The notes beneath the pieces were generated by a model, which saw nothing but the letters and a program-made list of their open reading frames with translations, was not told the origin of the DNA and did no database searches. Below are positions 57,739 to 64,000 of a stretch of 64,000 nucleotides of DNA, piece by piece. The DNA comes from Eledone cirrhosa (Eukaryota), in assembly GCA_964016885.1 (NCBI GenBank), contig OZ024762.1, positions 24,738,001 to 24,802,000 on the forward strand, read 5' to 3'. The stretch's first letter is position 1, and each line of letters begins with the position of its first letter. Made by a program: the position numbers and the translations under genes.

Positions 57739-58165
57739 TGAATATCATTTCACACCTTTTATTGTTAAGATTGTTGATGTTCTATTAAGAGAACCGATTT
57801 TACTGAAAAATCGAATAATGTACACCATTTTACCAGGGGGGAAAAAAATACTGGTCCCCCCACACACGCACACACACACACACACCAATATATACACAGA
57901 CACATACACACGCGTACATCAACATACAAAGAGACTTATACACACACACACACACGCACTTCTCCGTATAAGACAAAAGCTGAAAAATATCTTTTGACCT
58001 TCGAATGACTCTGCTGTGTGTATGTACGCACACACACACACACACTTATCTTAATAGCCATTTGACACACATCGCTGGTGGCTATTGTCGCAGCATCGAA
58101 CACCTTACTACTACTACTACACACACACACACACACACATTTGTTGTGAAAGAGTCATTTCTCAA

Positions 58166-58398
58166 TCTTGGCGCAAAACCAATTTTTTATCCACATGACC
58201 TCTACCGACCAATCAAAATTGTTTTGACCATAATCTTTGCTGGAGCCACTTTTCTAACATTTTAACATAAAAACAGTCTTGGCGCAAAATCAACTTTTTA
58301 CATTCACATGACCTCTACCGACCAATCAAAATTGTTTTGACCACAAGCATTTTACAACACAAAAATAACGCTGGAGCCATTTTTTTAACATAAAAACA
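58166..58398 (+). repeat. Imperfect tandem duplication containing CCAAT motifs
   Basis: TCTTGGCGCAAAA...CATGACCTCTACCGACCAATCAAAATTGTTTTGACCA occurs twice. Confidence 0.8.
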
Positions 58399-58654
58399 GG
58401 TAGAATTCCAAAACTAATCAGATCAGAGCAAACAGCACGGACACTCTATCTCAAAATTATTTTGAAAAGCATTTAGAAATGCGCAACCGGTAAAAACTTA
58501 AAAACTTAAAACCACAACTGAATACTAACCATACAATCACTAATACTCTTTATTCCTAATTAAACCATTTTTCAACTGTGAACAATTTGTCAGCATTTTC
58601 TATTCCGTTTACCAATATATAATAACATGTGTGTTACACCTCTATTCTTTTAAC

Positions 58655-60396
<1,742 letters not shown>

Positions 60397-60712
60397 GATT
60401 TTGAGTTTATGTTGGTTGTATACCAACACCTCAGTATGCAGGCTGGAGCACTCGACGAAGTGAGCAGGTTGGTTTGGTTACTCCGGAGTAGTGTAAAATA
60501 AAGTTAAATAAAAGTCAAATGATTAAAATTTAGCTTCGTTTATTACTGCTATATATATTTCAGTGACAGCCATCTTTGGCTGTGACCTCTTCAGGCAGTT
60601 TGAATTAGTATGGTATAGACAAGTACATATGTTGTTTAGGTGTATGATATTGTCAATACTCTGATATGCCCAGTTCCTTGCTGGGTTGTTAATTCACTGG
60701 GGAACTGGAGTC
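60397..60712 (-). mobile_element. HHR-bearing insert of about 315 bp within a TA array
   Basis: Unique island between TA arrays containing an intact HHR. Confidence 0.65.
60545..60599 (-). ncRNA. Type-I hammerhead ribozyme
   Basis: actgc-CTGAAGA-ggtcacagcca aaga tggctgtcact-GAAA-tatata-TA-gcagt. Confidence 0.9.
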
Positions 60713-62476
<1,764 letters not shown>

Positions 62477-62766
62477 AGCGGCGATGAATTAGTTTTGCGA
62501 GGTTTTTTATATGAAATCGTGTGTCGAAACAGATATTGTTATATTTGGGGAGGGTCATATTTGCGTAATATTGCCAGAATTAATAACAGAACACACTCAC
62601 TGTTTGGTTGGTTTTCGCTTCTCGCTGTCTTTTATATATATATATCTGCGATCTAACTTACTCGGTCCTCAATGTTGCCATTGACTGACCGGCGGTCAAA
62701 AATAATACAGATGTTATTAATTCTGGCAATATTACGCAAATATGACCCTCCCCAAATATAACAATA
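62477..62766 (-). mobile_element. Naiad-related pLTR fragment with inverted arm (62712-62766)
   Basis: 62490-62712 is the reverse complement of 29905-30110; 62712-62766 inverts 62534-62588. Confidence 0.85.
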
Positions 62767-62778
62767 TATATATACACA

Positions 62779-62809
<31 letters not shown>

Positions 62810-62866
62810 ATATATATATATACACATATATATATACATATATATATATACATGTATATATATATG

Positions 62867-62914
<48 letters not shown>

Positions 62915-63002
62915 TATATATACATATATATATACATATACATGTATACATATATAATAAATAAATAACAAAGAACGCTTATAGCATATGCATATCTTTA
63001 CT

Positions 63003-63048
63003 TGCTAACATTGTTTCATCCACACTATAAGTGGGACTCATCAGAGCA
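63003..63048 (-). ncRNA. Type-I hammerhead ribozyme
   Basis: tgct-CTGATGA-gtcccac ttata gtgtggat-GAAA-caatg-TT-agca; about 50 bp upstream of a TA array. Confidence 0.85.
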
Positions 63049-63870
63049 TAAAGGTTAAATTACATACCATACAAGCAATAACAAATCCAAGACATTGAAG
63101 AATGAAAGGTAATAATAGACGATAGAGGATAAGAATAAAAAGTAAATAAAAATAAAAGTGAAAATAAAAATAAAATAAAAATAAGGGGTGCTATCTGTCA
63201 CAGTTGGGCGGTGTGCTGTCAACATATAGTTACATACAAGCATACACATGGATAAGAGAACAGACAAGAGTAGACACATGGATAAGAGAACAGACAAGAG
63301 TAGATAAGATAATGGGATTAGGTAAGAGTAGGTTAAAAAATAGGTAAAAAATAGGTAAAAAACAGACTTATAATATATATAAAAAGAAATACAAAGAAAT
63401 ACATAACAAACTTACATATAAAATATAAAATATAGGGTAAGGAATGAGATAAAATAATATACAATTAAAAATTAAAAATTATATACATAGAACATAATAT
63501 AGTATAATCGTAAAATAAGATAAAATAAGGTAAATTAAATCAAATAACATAGACTAAATTAAAATTAAAATCAAATGTGTAATTATAATTATATGTATAA
63601 TTAAATGTAATTAAATGTAATTAAATAAATAAATAGAGAAATAAATAAATAAAAATTAAAAATTAAATAAATAAATAAAATTAAAATTTAAATTTTAAAA
63701 TTTTAAAATTAAAATCTAAATTTAAATATAAATAAATAAATAAATAAATAAATGGAGTCAAGTAAGTAAATAAATAAAATTAGATAACATGAAATGAAAT
63801 AAAATAAAATGAAATAAAGTAAATTGAGATAAGATATATATTTTTTTAGAATATATCTCTTGAATATATC

Positions 63871-64000
63871 AGGGGCCCACGAAGGCACTAAATGTCACAG
63901 TTATGTGTATCACTTGACCAATTTTTCAAAATACATTTCTTGAAAACAACAGGGACCCACGAAGGCACTAAGTGTCACAGTCACCAGTATCACTTGACCA
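63871..64000. repeat. Tandem duplication with period about 80 bp (truncated by window edge)
   Basis: CCCACGAAGGCACTAA.TGTCACAGT...TATCACTTGACCA twice. Confidence 0.75.

Larger units (their letters stand above)
54921..58101 (+). mobile_element. Penelope-like (Neptune-type) element, 5'-truncated with inverted duplication (54921-56332 inverts 56672-58101)
   Basis: Arms near-identical; junction at ACGT 56329-56332. Confidence 0.92.

Noticed and set aside
57760-58400. Expected HHR in the Neptune-type PLE 3' region
   Set aside because: Only CTGAAAA motifs without closing helices were found

Overview
Eukaryotic, AT-rich, repeat-saturated DNA. It most resembles an octopus-type cephalopod genome, inferred from the SINE families and the extreme (TA)n/(CA)n load. 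No host protein-coding gene is supportable, and almost all long ORFs are microsatellite or minisatellite artefacts. Real coding remnants are all retroelements: two Penelope-like elements (a Naiad-type 3' half at 28.6-29.6 kb and a Neptune-type RT+GIY-YIG copy with a >=1.4 kb inverted duplication at 54.9-58.1 kb), four RTE-clade and two CR1-clade LINE 3' ends. There are also many SINEs, hAT and Tc1/mariner MITEs, and several minisatellites. The main hidden signal is about 18 type-I hammerhead ribozyme (HHR) motifs plus 5 half-motifs, from roughly 9-10 sequence families. They sit in short non-coding Penelope-derived/retrozyme-like units inserted into (TA)n arrays. Many units are fold-back palindromes whose inverted arm ends at a family-specific fixed point, others are monomers with terminal direct repeats, and several HHRs carry unusual core variants. 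All folds and alignments were done by eye and need computational and biochemical confirmation.
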